Position numbers and translations under genes: made by a program. From Guillardia theta CCMP2712 (Eukaryota; Protista; Cryptophyta), in contig NW_005434563.1 in the NCBI RefSeq assembly GCF_000315625.1, forward strand, positions 167,664-231,663: 64,000 nt of DNA. Direction: 5' to 3'. Each line of letters opens with the position of its first letter. Within the stretch, counting starts at the first letter, position 1. Under the pieces are notes generated by a model. The model was given only the letters and a program-made list of their open reading frames with translations. It was not told the origin of the DNA and did no database searches. Shown in pieces: positions 23,395 through 35,645 of the stretch.

Positions 23395-26300
23395 TTACAG
23401 CGAAGCTGCTCGAGATGCTCGAGCTGCTCGGACAAGCAGCGCCAGCAGGAGCAGCGCGAAACTCGCAGCCCCTGCAGCGAGAAGGAGCATCGAATCCTGC
23501 CGCTCAGTCAGCAGAGGCAACAGGAGCAGGAACAGGAACTACCTGCTGCTGATGAGGAGGACGCTGAGTTCTCCTGCTCCACATGAGCTCGAGGGACGAG
23601 CCCTGACGGTCCATGCTGCTGGGAAGCGATAGCTGCATGGCCTCCTTGCGCGATCGATCCGCCCTGAAAGAGCTGTCAGACCGTGTTTCTCCTCTCCTCG
23701 TTCTCCCTCCGGCACTCCTTGTATCTTTCTCCCCCCATTCTCAACTCTCTCGCATTTTCTCTCCTCCTGCTCTCACCATCTCATCTCGAAGTTTGTTGCT
23801 CCAACAGTGTCCAGCTCTCGCTCTCGTTCCATCCGCTCGTGCTCCTTGTGCTTCTTTTCCTCCTGCGACACGTTAGATATCCGTTCCCTCCTCCTCCTCT
23901 CAACTCCTTCCCCGCTTCCTACTCATGTCCTATCTCTCTTTCTTCCTCCTCTCGCATCCAAACTCGCTCAAGTTGCTGCATCTCTTCGCCTTCTCACCTT
24001 CCGCTCGATCTCCTCCCCCATCCGCAGGGTCAGCGACGCCGCGTCCCTTCGCAGAAGATGTCTCTTGGCCTCCTGCGACAAGAGTGAGGCCGGCTGTCTC
24101 CTCCTTTCCTCTCCTTCTCCTCCTCCTCCCGCCCCCCTCGCACCTTCTCGACCCCTCTCCCCTCCCCCTTCCGTCCAAGGTCCCTTCATCCCCCCCTCCC
24201 CCCCCACCCCCTCCTCCCGAACCTTGAGGCGAGCATCGATCTCGCTGTTAGAGATCGCCAGCCCTCCCTGATTGGGCGGAAGTTTGGCGAAAATGGCGAG
24301 GGTGCTGGAGCCAGTGTCGATGAGGACAGTGAAGCTCTGAAGTAGCGATGAGTGTGAGCAAGCGAGAGAAAGTGAGGGAGGGAGAAAAGGGGGGGGGGGA
24401 GGAAGGAAGGGAGAGAGGAGAAGGGAGCAAGAAGGAAGGGGAACAGCGAGGAAGGGAAAAGGAGCAAGGTAGGAGACAAGACGGAACGTCAAGGGGAAAC
24501 GGAGGGAAGGTGGAGCGAGGGGAGGGAGGGACTAGAACAACTGAAGGCTACTGACCTGTCTAGGGGAACCGACGGACACATTGCAGAAGTATTGAGTTCT
24601 CATGCGATTCATCCCCACCGCAACGTGATCGATTCCTTTCCTGCTGCTGCTTCAGCCACATCCTCTTTCGTCTCCTCCTGCTCCCTCCCTGTGCTTTTCC
24701 CCATCCTCCCTGTCGCACTAATGCCCTCCTCTCGCTCCTCTTCTTCTTCCTCCTCCTCCAACCTGGCCGCGTCGTCGGCGCTCTCCTCCACCTCGATCTC
24801 GCCCCGGTGCTGCTTCACGATCGGTAACTTCAGCTCGTCTTGCTCTCCTGCAGGAGATACCGTCAGCGGCTGCAGGAGGAGCCAGACAAGGGAAGAGGAA
24901 AAGACGCCATGTAACACGAGAGACCAAAAGATGGCGTAGAAGAGGAGGAAGGGGATGAGGGAAGGAAAAGAGGAGAAGGGATCCAGAGAGGAGAGAGAGT
25001 GTACAGGTGGAGGAGGAAGAGGAAGTCGAAGAAGAGGAGGACGATGCGCAGTGACAGCAGAAGAGGACGGAAGGAGCGAAGAAGCACCTGGAGCAATAGG
25101 GACATAACGCGGATTCCGGGGAGCGATGCCGATCATGGGTGCCTGCAGCCGAGCCAAGTGAGAGGAGACAGCAAGACGAGGCAGATAAAGGAGGGAAGGG
25201 GGAGGAGCAGGAGAGGGTTGGAGGAGAGGGAGCGGGAGCGGGAGGGAGAACGGGAAAGAGGTGAGGATAGAGGATGGGGAGTGGTAGAGCTGACCTTGGG
25301 TTTTGTGAGATCAAACTCAACAACGAGAGAGCGGAAGACAACATCGCCAAGAAGAATTCCTACAGAGAAGATCAGAAGAGAAGAAGCGAAGATGGAATGC
25401 TGGGAGAGGAGGAGGAGGGATTGGTAGGAGGAGAGGGCAGGAGGAGAAGAAAAAGGTACAAGGAGAGGGCAGGAGGAGAAGAAAAAGGTACAAGGAGAGG
25501 GCAGGAGGAGGGGAGGACCTGCATAGGAGGAGGGAGTCTTCTGCACGCAGGGAGCGTTGTTCTCCTTCTGCCACCAGAACTCGTACGGGATCTCAAAGAG
25601 ATGGCCATCAATGGTAATGTAGAACGACATCCCCTGCCTCCCTTGTCAGTCTCTCCTCCCCAAACTCCTCCCCCCCCCCCCCCCCTACAAAAAAAAAAAA
25701 ACCCTTCTCAGGACTCTCCTCCTCCGGCCCACTTCCAGTCACACTTCATGTCATCTGCTCCTCCTCGCCCCTCCAGCCTCCCCCTCCTCCTCCTCTGTCC
25801 CTCCCTGACCTTGGTCATGATGTTCTTAAACTTGCTGTACGGCCGGTCGCTCACTCTCCCCTCCAGCAGCGTGTCGGGGATCACGAGGCACGTGGTCCCT
25901 GTGTCCATGATGGCAGGCAGCGCCTGCTCCACTGACTTGTCGATCCAGTCCAGCAGCTCGATCCCTCCGAAGCTCAGCGACTGAACTCTCACCGAGTACT
26001 CAGTCGTCGAAGTCGTCGGCACGTACACCATGTCAGCGTCCGTGCTCGCCCTGTCGTATCCCCCCAGCTGCAGCTCACCAGAGTCTGCCGTTGACAGGAA
26101 CGCGAACTTTCGCAGGTGCATGGGGCGCTCGTTGATGTAGTTGGCGCCCTCTAGCCCCCCCCTGTCGTTGGAGATGGCGAAGATCAGCGGCGTGGGGATG
26201 CTGGCGATCGCCGCGTCAGGCATGCCCATGCCCAGGATGCCGTCGATGCCGTTGAACGTCGGATCGTTGCAGTCAAGTGCGCACCCGAGCCTCGTCATGG

Positions 26301-27483
26301 CATAGTAGTGCCCGAGCTGGACTATGTCCTTGCACACGTAGCCTGTCAACACTGAACGATCTGCGTAGGAGACGGAGAAAGTCTCCGACTGCACCTCGAC
26401 GAAGGACAGGCTCTCCCCCGGGTCAAAACGTCTAACCGTCGACATGTCAAATTGACTGTTTTCCGCTTCCCCGCCAGACGTGCTGTTTGCGCCTGGGGTG
26501 TTAGAGGAGTTTCCTGCTGGAAGGTCGCTGGAGTCTGTGAGGGTCGCGATGACCGACGGAGCTTTGTCTCGCTTGGCAGAACCTCTCGCAACCTTCTTCA
26601 TGGTCTGCGCATCCGCATGCTGCTGGTTTCCAAGAGCCGACAAGATGAGCTTCACCTGCTCAGGGTCGATGCTCTTGAGGGCCCCGAGCACAGCGCTGCC
26701 TTCAGTCTGCGACATCTTCTCCAGCACCTTCGCCGCCTTGTCTGGGCTGAGGGAGGCGAGCGAACTGACCTCCCCCGCCAGCCCGCCCCGGTTGATCTGG
26801 ACCGTGTGCGAGGTCGCGTGCTTCATGGCAGCCTTGATGTCTTTCCATATCATCGCCTCGTTGGTAGCCCTCTCGTACGACTCTCGCTCTGCTTTCTTTT
26901 GCAGCCTTCGTTTCGCCTCTGCCTCGGGATCGCGCGCTCCTGCTGTCAGCCGAGCAAACGCGGCCGCCTCCTCCTCTGCTCGCTTCTTCGATCCCAGCTC
27001 CTGCGGCACTCCGAAAGAAATGGACGGGTCTGAGCCTCCACGAGGAGCAGCGCCGCTCCTGGACCTGCTTTCCTTCTTCCACCTCATCACGACTCCGAGC
27101 CCTCCCTCCGGCTCCTCGGAGCCTTTCTCTTGCGCCGGATGCTCAGCCTGTCTCTGGTTGACTGCCAGGGTCTTGTCGGGGCGCCTGCCATGCTGGACAA
27201 GCTGCTGCACTGTCGCATGTGTTGAGAGCTGCTGCCGCGCGAGCAGCTTCTGCGAAAGCTTCTGAGAGGCTTGATCGCTGGCTGGGGTGAGAGGAGAGGA
27301 GAGGATTCGCTCTACTTCATCCAACCCCGAGTTCTGGTTGCTGAGAGCGGACTTGAGCCTCAGTCTCATCTGCGCCGCATCCTTGGAGATGTCAGTCGAC
27401 TTGAGGTCAACATCCAGTGACAGCACTGGAAACGCGAAGATGAATACAAACAACAACGACTGGAGGATGCCGGTATGCGCCAT
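23395..27483 (-). CDS. Pepsin-family (A1) aspartic protease, circularly permuted, with signal peptide and C-terminal TM anchor
   Basis: Phase-consistent exons 27483-25810, 25633-25519, 25359-25295, 25142-25088, 24847-24763, 24640-24556, 24336-24223, plus later exons. Motifs in order: FDP, SYAD, DGILGMG, LGGYD, IMDTGTT, ILLGDVVFRS, IGIAP, then QYFCNVSVGSPRQSFTVLIDTGSSTL. Ends LLLAAGAASFALLLLALLVR...SL*. Confidence 0.9.
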
Positions 27484-28218
27484 GGTGGTCCCTCTTTGAA
27501 TATCAGAGCATGATGTATGGGCCTGACCAACAGAACAAGTCAAAGTTCACTTTCACGACAACGTGGATCTCAAGAGCTACAGGAAAGAGTTCACAGGACT
27601 GAGAGGATGAAACAAGATCCACACCGGCAGACACAACAACGCAAATAATAGAGATAGAGATAGAGATAGAAAGGCATACCTTCAACGTCTCAACTATCAA
27701 CCTGCTCTGACTTTATTGATGTTCACTCCTGATGTACCCACCAAGGCATTGCGACGCTGGCCCATTCCTGCTACCAAAACAGTGTTACAAAGGCCGGCAG
27801 GTCTACCTTCCGTCCTTTCTGTTCTTGAAACATATTGTTTCGTTCATAATCCTCATCATCAAACAACAAAACAACGTTGACATAACCTATTGCAAACATC
27901 TCTACCTTCCCCTCAACTTGTCAACAGGTAATGCTGCCGGCTTTCGTGTATTCAAAACAAAGCTGCTCCGATCGTATTACCCCAATTCAAAAAGCCACAT
28001 ACAAGGGGAGCATGTTAACATAGCAAGAATCGTCTCCAAACTCGATCTCAATTTCAACGATGCAGTTTATATGCCACCTCTACGAGTTTAAATAGAAATC
28101 CTTTTCTTCTCTTTGGAACAAAACTTCATGCTTAAGATTGCTTTCGTCACTGACGGAAATCTTCACGTGTCATGTTGATCATCTCGACTATCTCGACAAG
28201 AGCCTACCTCAAACATTC

Positions 28219-28261
28219 TCCCTCCCTCCCTCCCTCCCTCCCTCCCTCCCTCCCTCCCTCC
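28219..28261. repeat. (CCCT)n microsatellite
   Basis: Perfect tetranucleotide run; a similar run lies at ~35548-35590. Confidence 0.9.
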
Positions 28262-28924
28262 TGCATCGAGTAGATTGTTCCAAACATCCATACACTCTTC
28301 TGTCTAAACCATGAATCTGTACCACCCCACCCACATCAAACTCCTACCCAGGTACCCCTAGTTCATAGCGCAGTACCCATTGATTCCCATCTCTCCACCC
28401 CTGCTGTAGTCTCACCCCTCCCCACCCACCCAGTTCTTTCCATCCTTTGTGCCGCATACATTACCCCCCAACAAACTTTGCTGTTCCGATTTGAAAATGT
28501 TGCATATTCAAATTTCAACATTTGATTGTGAGGTATGCGAAAAAGTTTAAAAATTGAATTCATTTTCATTGCAAACTTTTTGAGGACCCCGTTCCGTAAG
28601 GAACCAGTCTTCAGGACCCCACCAAACTACCCCACTACCCCCTCTGTACAAGGAAAGTACCTCACCTCTACCCCCTTTCCCAACCTTACTACCCCTGCTG
28701 AATCCGAAAATAGATCTGTAACTCCCTGTGATTCATTGACCCCACTCTACCCCTCGGAATTATAACTTTACTACCGTCACCCACTAGATACCTCACAATG
28801 ACCCCCCCCTTTTCCCATCGAACGTCAGCATTCCGAGTGGGACCCTAGGGATCCCTGTCAGTCCCTTTCAGTACCTTCGGTCACTACCAGTTTTTTAACT
28901 TAACTTTGAGTGAATAGTCACGTC

Positions 28925-29520
28925 TTCGCCGGCGGGTGACAGTGACATCACTGCCGTGACGGTGGGCCGGGCCCCGGGCCCCGGCGGTGGAGCATGGAGT
29001 CCTGCGGCGGGCGGCCGGGCGGCGGCACTGCCACCGCCGGCCGGGGTGGCCAGGCCGGGCTCCGGTGATCGGACTCCGTCGGACTGCGCCGCTCCCGGTG
29101 ACGGGCCCGGTGACTCAGTGAGTCACGTACCGGACGGTACCGGGCCGGGCCGCGCGGCGCGGCGCCGCCGGGCCGAGCCGAGGCGTGAACTTGGTGACTT
29201 CGGACGCCGGGTTGAACTTCCGGGACTCAGTGACTCCGGGAACTCAGTCCGAGGAAACCGCCGCGCGGCCGGCGGCGGGCCCCTCCTAGCCTGAGGGCCT
29301 ACGGTACGGTAGCCACGGTACGGCCCGCGGGGCCTACTAGCGGCGAGGCTCTGAGCCCGGCCTCAGGCTTGGCACCGTCACGTACGGCGGTGACGGTCGG
29401 CCCCGGCCGGGCCGCCCGCCGACCGCCGCCGCCGCTGACTGAGTCAGTGCCAGTCACGGTGGAAACGGTTCAGCGGCGAAGTTCAATCCGAATGCCCGGA
29501 CCGTCTCACCCGGCGTACTA
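28925..29520. promoter_or_regulatory. Intergenic GC-rich island (CCGG / TGAGTCA / ACGGTACGG words); related islands at ~9620-9870, ~36370-36895 and ~59625-59990
   Basis: Sharp rise in GC/CpG content, shared short words and a flanking TTAACTT/AAGTTAA box. The regulatory role is inferred, not shown. Confidence 0.45.
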
Positions 29521-29689
29521 CTAGTCCACTGCATCGCCGGAAGCGGGTAAGGTCAATCTCCCTCCGTCGCCGCGAGTCTTTGCGGTGCCAAGTTGTGTCC
29601 ATGTGACTGTTTTTGAACGCATCATGGATCGACAGTACTGAGCCTCCGATACATCTTGACACTTGTTTCATTACCGTGAGACTTAACTT

Positions 29690-29903
29690 CTCTCCTGTAG
29701 ATTCAATCTCCCTCTTCTTTATAGGTTCAATCTCCCTCCTGTAGACTTGGATCCAATCTCTCTCCTGTAGATTGAACTACGTCTCTCGTGTAGATTGAAC
29801 GACGTCTCTCCTGCAGATTGAACGTCTCTCCTGTAGATTGAACGGCTCTCCTGTAGATTCAATCTCTCTCCTGTAGATTCAATCTCTCTCCTGTAGATTC
29901 AAT
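29690..29903. repeat. Minisatellite, ~20-bp unit aatctctctcctgtagattc, ~9-10 variably degenerate copies
   Basis: Identical units at 29861-29880 and 29881-29900; diverged units upstream. Confidence 0.9.
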
Positions 29904-30071
29904 ATCCCCACATGCACTATTGGTCTACCTTTCTGATATCGCAACTCAAAAGTTCGTTGCGCATCCTCGGAACGCTAACATGCTGCGCGTACTTGCGATT
30001 GCTCGAAGAAGGCAGTCACTCCGAGGAAAGGAGCTGGAGCTGGAGATGTTGTTGTGCTTCCCAGCGGCATC

Positions 30072-30404
30072 TCAGCTGTTGGAAAGCAGGTGGGAGGCGA
30101 CGACAGTGATGTAAGCAGAGAGCTGCAAGATCGTTTCCTCCAGCTTCTCATCCTCGTCCAGTTCATCGTCTTCCTCCTCGCTCTCCTCCTTCGTCTCCTT
30201 CCATCCGTTCACGTCGCTTGAAGGCATCTCTCCCATGGGATTTGCATGGTCTCTCCGAGCCGCCGCCTCTCTCTGCTCCCCACTCCTCGCACGTTTCCTC
30301 GGGCTGGCCTCTGCTGCTTCCCTTCCACTCTGACCATCCACCATGGCACCGCCCGCTGTGTCCTCCCCCTCCGTTCGCAAGTCGTTAGATGATCGTTTAG
30401 TCAT
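30072..30404 (-). CDS. Hypothetical acidic protein or first exon with NLS-like PRKRAR
   Basis: 110-aa ORF with ATG start and coding-like composition; no recognisable domain. Confidence 0.35.
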   Translation of the reverse strand: MTKRSSNDLRTEGEDTAGGAMVDGQSGREAAEASPRKRARSGEQREAAARRDHANPMGEMPSSDVNGWKETKEESEEEDDELDEDEKLEETILQLSAYITVVASHLLSNS

Positions 30405-31208
30405 CTCCGGACTAGAAACAGCCTTGTCGCAGATCCTCGCTTCTCTCCTCGCTCTTCCTTTTCTCGCTTCTCGCTCCTCCTTTATTCCTCCTCGCTCCTC
30501 GTGATCGGTCTTCAGGTTCGTCAGTGCATCACTGAAGTGGCCTCTCCTTGGTCGCTCAACCTTCCCTTCAGCGGATCCCCCACCTCAAACTCGCTTTTTC
30601 GGTCCTGCCCGTCCCCTTTCTCACCTCTTCTCAGCTCTACCAACCTCTGTCCATCTCCGCTCCTTTCCTCCCTGCCAGCTCCTTTGCTCCTCTTGATGCA
30701 CCCCGCGATTCTCCCCTCCCTTCCCTTCCTTCCCTCCCCTTTCCTCAGGTGCGCTCCTGCTCCTCTCGCTCCTTGCTCCTTGCTCCTTGCTCCTGCTCCT
30801 GCTCCTCCTCCTCTTCTTCTTCCTCCTCCTCCTCCTCCAGCAATCAGCTGCAGCGTCAGAGTCCACACATCCTCTGCCCCCTCACGTGCTCCTCCCCTCA
30901 CACGCGCGTTCCCTCGCTCATTTTCCGGCTCATTTTTGCATTTTCGCCTGTGGGGCCAGCCTGTGGTCGTCCATCTTCGTGGTTACCCTACGACCGCCTG
31001 ATGGCGACTGGGGAAAGGTGGTGGTGCAGGATAGTAGGGGAGGAGGAGGAGGAGGAAGAGGACAGGACAGGACAAGAGGACTGGAAGGCAAGAGTAAAAG
31101 GAGAGGAGAGGAGGAGGAGGAGGAGTGGGGAAGGGGAGTAGATAGTAAGACTCCCGACTTTCGTCCCTTGAGCAAGGACTTGATTGCGAGCTGCGGTTGC
31201 TGGTAGCC

Positions 31209-31740
31209 ATGCCTTCCTCCAGCGCCATGTCGCCAGCTGCTCCTGCAAGTCCAGACGTCGAGATCCATCCTGCCGAGATCCTCGTGGTTGCCAACGACTA
31301 TGACGAGCAGGCGATCATGCAGTCTGGCTCGGACTATGACCGACAGGATGGGGACGTGCGGGGCAGGGAGGATGGGGCGGAGGACGCGGAGACGAGCCGG
31401 AACTCCGTCAACGTTTCCTTCAAGGCCATCCCGGTGACAGAGGAGAACGTTTCTGCTCTCTCCTGCAGCCTTAGGACAAGGCACGTGCACGACGAGAGGG
31501 GGACGGAGGATGAGAGCGACATGTCGAGCGAGGAGGAGGAGGACATGGAGCGGAAGCCTCTTCGATCAGCAGGGCAGGAAGTGCTGGATAGAACATCGAC
31601 GATGGGGGAGATGATGATACAGAAGATGCAAACCAACCCCGACCAGCTCGTCGTCCTCGTCCTCACCAGCAGCTACCAGGTGAACTCCTCCCATCCACTA
31701 TCATCATCATCGTCATCGTTGTCGTCGTTGTAATCATCAC

Positions 31741-31771
<31 letters not shown>

Positions 31772-33092
31772 TCTTATTTGCCCATCTTTTCTCAGTTTTT
31801 CCCTTTCACTTCTCCAATCTCACAATTCCTTCAGAGTTTTATGAGGAGCGATATGACGAGGTAAAACTTCTTTGTCCCCCTCCTCCTCCCCAATCCTCCC
31901 CAATCCTGCATGATAACCCCTGCCATCCTCCTCCCTCCCCACACCTCTCACTCCCCTTCTCTCCCTCCCCTCGGTTCTCTCTCTCCCCTCGTCTTTCTCT
32001 CTCCCCTCGTCTCTCCCTTCCCTCGTCTCTCGCTCTCAGCACTGATACAGGTACGATCTCCTCACTGAGTGTCGGAGGATGCTTCCTCAACGACAAGAAG
32101 CGCTCGGAGCTTCTCTGCAGCTNNNNNNNNNNNNNNNNNNNNNNNNNNNNNNNNNNNNNNNNNNNNNNNNNNNNNNNNNNNNNNNNNNNNNNNNNNNNNN
32201 NNNNNNNNNNNNNNNNNNNNNNCTCTCTCTCTCTCAACCTCTCTCTCAACCTCTTCCTCCTCATTCTCCTTTCTGGCTTGCTCTTGTTGCTCCTGCGCCG
32301 TCTTCCCTTTCTCTAGCCTACTTTTCCTCCTCTTCCTTCTCCCTGTGCCCCTACCTCTCTCACCCTGTTCTTCATCTATGTACACTTTCTCCTCCTGTTT
32401 CTCCTGTTCCCCATCCTTCTACTTGTTTCATCTTTTCACATTCCCAACCATTAAGTCTTCGGCTCCGCTCCTCCATTGCTCCTCTAATCTTTTCCTAACC
32501 AGAGATCTCCGTGCTCTCCAAGCTGGAAGCGAGTCTGCGCTGCTCGTGCGAGGAGGAGCGATTGTTCTCAGCTGCTCTCCGCTCAACGCTGTTGTGACAT
32601 CGCAGGTGATAGGGAGGGGCAGAGGGAGAGAGGGGGGCGGGAGAGCAATGCGGAGCAAGAGGAGCTGGGTCATGCTGAAGGAGGCGCGGGGGTGGTGGAG
32701 GAGGAGAGGTCCTTGGGAGTGGGGAAGGGGGGGGGACGAGATGCAGGAGACTGATCTTAACTCGACTGCAGCAAGCGTTCGTGGTAGTGCCCGACGGGGC
32801 CGACGACTTGCTGGAGCCGCTGCTGCATCGAGTTCAGAAGCTTCGCGGGACTGAAGATGTGATTTTTTCCTCCTATCTGCTATCCAGATGCTCTCCACCT
32901 CCTTCCTGTCGTTCTCCTGCCCTCTCACGACAGACTGCAGAGCTGCGGCATGATCGACTTCGAATTTGTAGCGCTGGAAGGTGAGAATGAGATCGGGGAG
33001 GACAAGGGAGAACAGGAGGAGCAGGAGATGGGGGTGGAGGGAAAGAGATAAGTGAAAAATGTTTCGAGCAAGCGAGGGAAGACAAGAGCAGA

Positions 33093-33160
<68 letters not shown>

Positions 33161-35500
33161 TGGGAGTGGGAGGATAAGCAGGAGCAGGAGCAGGAGCAGG
33201 AGTGGGAGTGGGAGGATAAGCAGGAGCAGGAGCAGGAGCAGGAGCAAGAGCAGGAGGAGAGGGAGCTGAGCAGCTGAGCAGCACTTCTACTCACCTTGTA
33301 CGAGCATCATCGTCGAATCGTGTCGAAGCACGCGGGTGAGGGAAGAGGAGGACAGGCAAGCGAGTGACGACAAGACAGAGGTAGCGCAGGAGATGCTTCA
33401 CGGAATTAGGAGCCACCTATCCAACGAGGTCCTCCTCCACCTCCTCCACCACCACCTAATCTACTGTCTCCTCCTCCACCTCCTCCACCACCACCTTATC
33501 TACTGTCTCCTCCTCCACCTGATCCACCACCACCTAATCTACTGTCTCCTCCACCACCACCACCACCACCTAATCTACTGTCTCCTTCTCTTCCTCCTCC
33601 TCCACCCCCACCTAATCTACTGTCTCCTCCTCCACCTCCTCCACCACCACCTAATCTACTGTCTCCTCCTCCACCACCACCACCACCTAATCTACTGTCT
33701 CCTTCTCTTCCTCCTGTTCCTCCTCTTCTCCTTCCCTTTTTTCTTCTCATATTTGCACTGAAACGTTTTTCAGCTGTTGAATCGCATTCTGCTCCTCAAA
33801 CGAAAACTTTCCTCAGAGTATGAGGCTGTTCGAGGTATTTCATCGATCTTTCACCTCCTCCTGCTCCTCTCTCCTCCCCTCTCTCTCCTCCGTCTCATTC
33901 TCCTTCTCCCCGTCCTCGTTTCTTGATCCCACTACCCCCTGCTCTCCTTACTGCGTCCATGCTCAGTCTTCTCCTCACCGCGCTCTCCTCCCTCCCCTCC
34001 CCCTCCTTCTATTTCTCTTCCTCCTGATCCTTGTATGGCAGGCGCGCAGATGGCGTTGGAGGAGACGCAGGACGACAAGGACGCCCTGCTGCTCATGTAC
34101 CTCACCCACCACCGCAAGGTCAGCTGCTCCTCCTGCACCTGCCCCATACCCTCTTCCATCTTCCTCCTCGTCCTCCTCCTTCTCCTCCTCCTTCTCCTTC
34201 CCAATCTTTGTGCGTCTCTTTTATCCACGGTGCCATCGTCATATCCAACTCTACTCCTTGCTTCATCCTTTCTCTGCTTCTCCTCTTCCACCACCACCCT
34301 CCCCCCCCCCCCTCTCCTCTCTCCTCCTCCTCCTCCTCCTCCGTCCTCCTCCTCCTCCTCTCCTCCTCCTCNNNNNNNNNNNNNNNNNNNNNNNNNNNNN
34401 NNNNNNNNNNNNNNNNNNNNNNNNNNNNNNNNNNNNNNNNNNNNNNNNNNNNNNNNNNNNNNNNNNNNNNNTCGTCGTCCTCTCACTCTCGCTCCTCCTC
34501 CTCCTCCTCCTCCTCCTCCTCCTCCTCCTCCTCCTCCTCCTCCTCCTCCTCCTCCTCCTCCTCCTCACCCTCCTCCTCACCCTCACCCTCCTCCTCACCC
34601 TCCCCATGCTCCCCTTCTGCCCTCTTCCTACTCTCCTTCTCCTCCTCTTCCTCTCTCCCCTCCCCCTCAGGCTTCTTCGGCATGAATCTTCCTAACCGCC
34701 AATACGCTGACGGCACGGTCCTCCCTGGACAAGATTTTCAGCCCCCGACAGGTCATGTCTTCCTTTATTGCACCCTACTCCTCCCCAGCTTCATTCTCCT
34801 CCTCCTCTTCCTTCCCACTCTTCTCCTTGCGACCTCTTCTCTCACCCTCCTCCCGCCCCTCTCTTTCTCCGCTCTGTTCCATATCTCCACCCTCCTTCCC
34901 ATTCCTGAAAAGCTGAGCAGGAGGCACGAACTATCTTGGTCCTTATGAAGGAGGCCCTTCATGGACTTTCATTGAAGTGAGAGTCTCATCAAGCCCCTCC
35001 CTCCGCCTCCATCTCTTCTTTTCTCCTCTTTCCCGCCCGCTTTTCTCCTGCGCTCTTCCTTACCCTCCACCCTTCTCCTGTCCTCTTGACCCCTGCCATT
35101 CCCCTGTCCCTCCTTTCAACGACATGCTCTTCTGTCCTCTCCTTCCGTTGATATTCCCCTCCTGTTTCCTGATTTCTTTCCTTGTCTCTCTGCTCCACTC
35201 TTCATTTCTCCCCTCCCAACCCCCCCTGTTCTTGAACATCTATTGACTTCTCCTTTCTTACACTTGTTGCTATCATCGCCATCTCCCTCCTCTCCCCTTG
35301 TTTCTTCATCCTCACCCTCTCCTCAGGTCACCGTTATCTCTTCCATTGGTAGTGCCGCGCTTCTGTTCGGGACCTGCTTCTTTCTCTCGTGCTGCGGACT
35401 CCTGCGAACTTGAGCAGCTGACAAGGAAGGAGGACCGACACAGGGCGAGTTGGAGGAGGCGAAGGAGGATGAGCAGAGGCAGTATGAGGGGATTTTGCGG
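31209..35500 (+). CDS. MRS2: Mrs2/CorA-family Mg2+ transporter, multi-exon, spans both assembly gaps
   Basis: RDLRALQ...ALLVRGGAIV...LNAVV, FEFVALE, LLLMYLT, the signature GFFGMNL (GMN at 34679-34687) and a second TM WTFIEVTVISSI. 3' end approximate. Confidence 0.85.
32123..32222. other. Assembly gap (100 N)
   Basis: Run of n. Confidence 1.
33085..33257. repeat. Intronic (CAGGAG)n hexamer repeat
   Basis: Tandem gagcag units with two gagtgg/gataag interruptions. Confidence 0.9.
33430..33720. repeat. Intronic minisatellite, ~36-48 bp unit with core caccacctaatctactgtctcc, 7 copies
   Basis: Repeated ctaatctactgtctcc cores separated by cct/cca runs. Confidence 0.9.
34372..34471. other. Assembly gap (100 N)
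   Basis: Run of n. Confidence 1.
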
Positions 35501-35645
35501 ATTTTGTTTGTCCTTTGTTTGCTTCATGACTATACACAGAATCACTCTCCCTCCCTCCCTCCCTCCCTCCCTCCCTCCCTCCCTCCCTCCTTTTCTCCCT
35601 TTTCCACCATTCCCCCCGGTCTCGTCTTCCACGATCTTCTCTCCC

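Noticed and set aside
24223-24640. DTGSS exons as the start of a second, separate protease gene
   Set aside because: No own start or signal peptide, splice phases join them to the upstream exons, no further pepsin motifs follow, and the upstream part lacks exactly this segment.
28956-29294. ORFs in GC islands (also 36567-36926, 59734-59985, 9733-9960)
   Set aside because: Gly/Arg/Pro/Ala-rich translations are expected from high GC alone; no domains.
29690-29903. Repeat array as CRISPR or as a coding repeat
   Set aside because: Units are contiguous with no unique spacers, there are no cas genes and the context is eukaryotic. The 20-bp period does not preserve reading frame.
32428-34948. Long ORFs such as 32428-33294, 33336-33761, 33820-34695 and 34031-34948
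   Set aside because: Artefacts of stop-free low-complexity intronic repeats and N gaps inside the Mrs2 gene.
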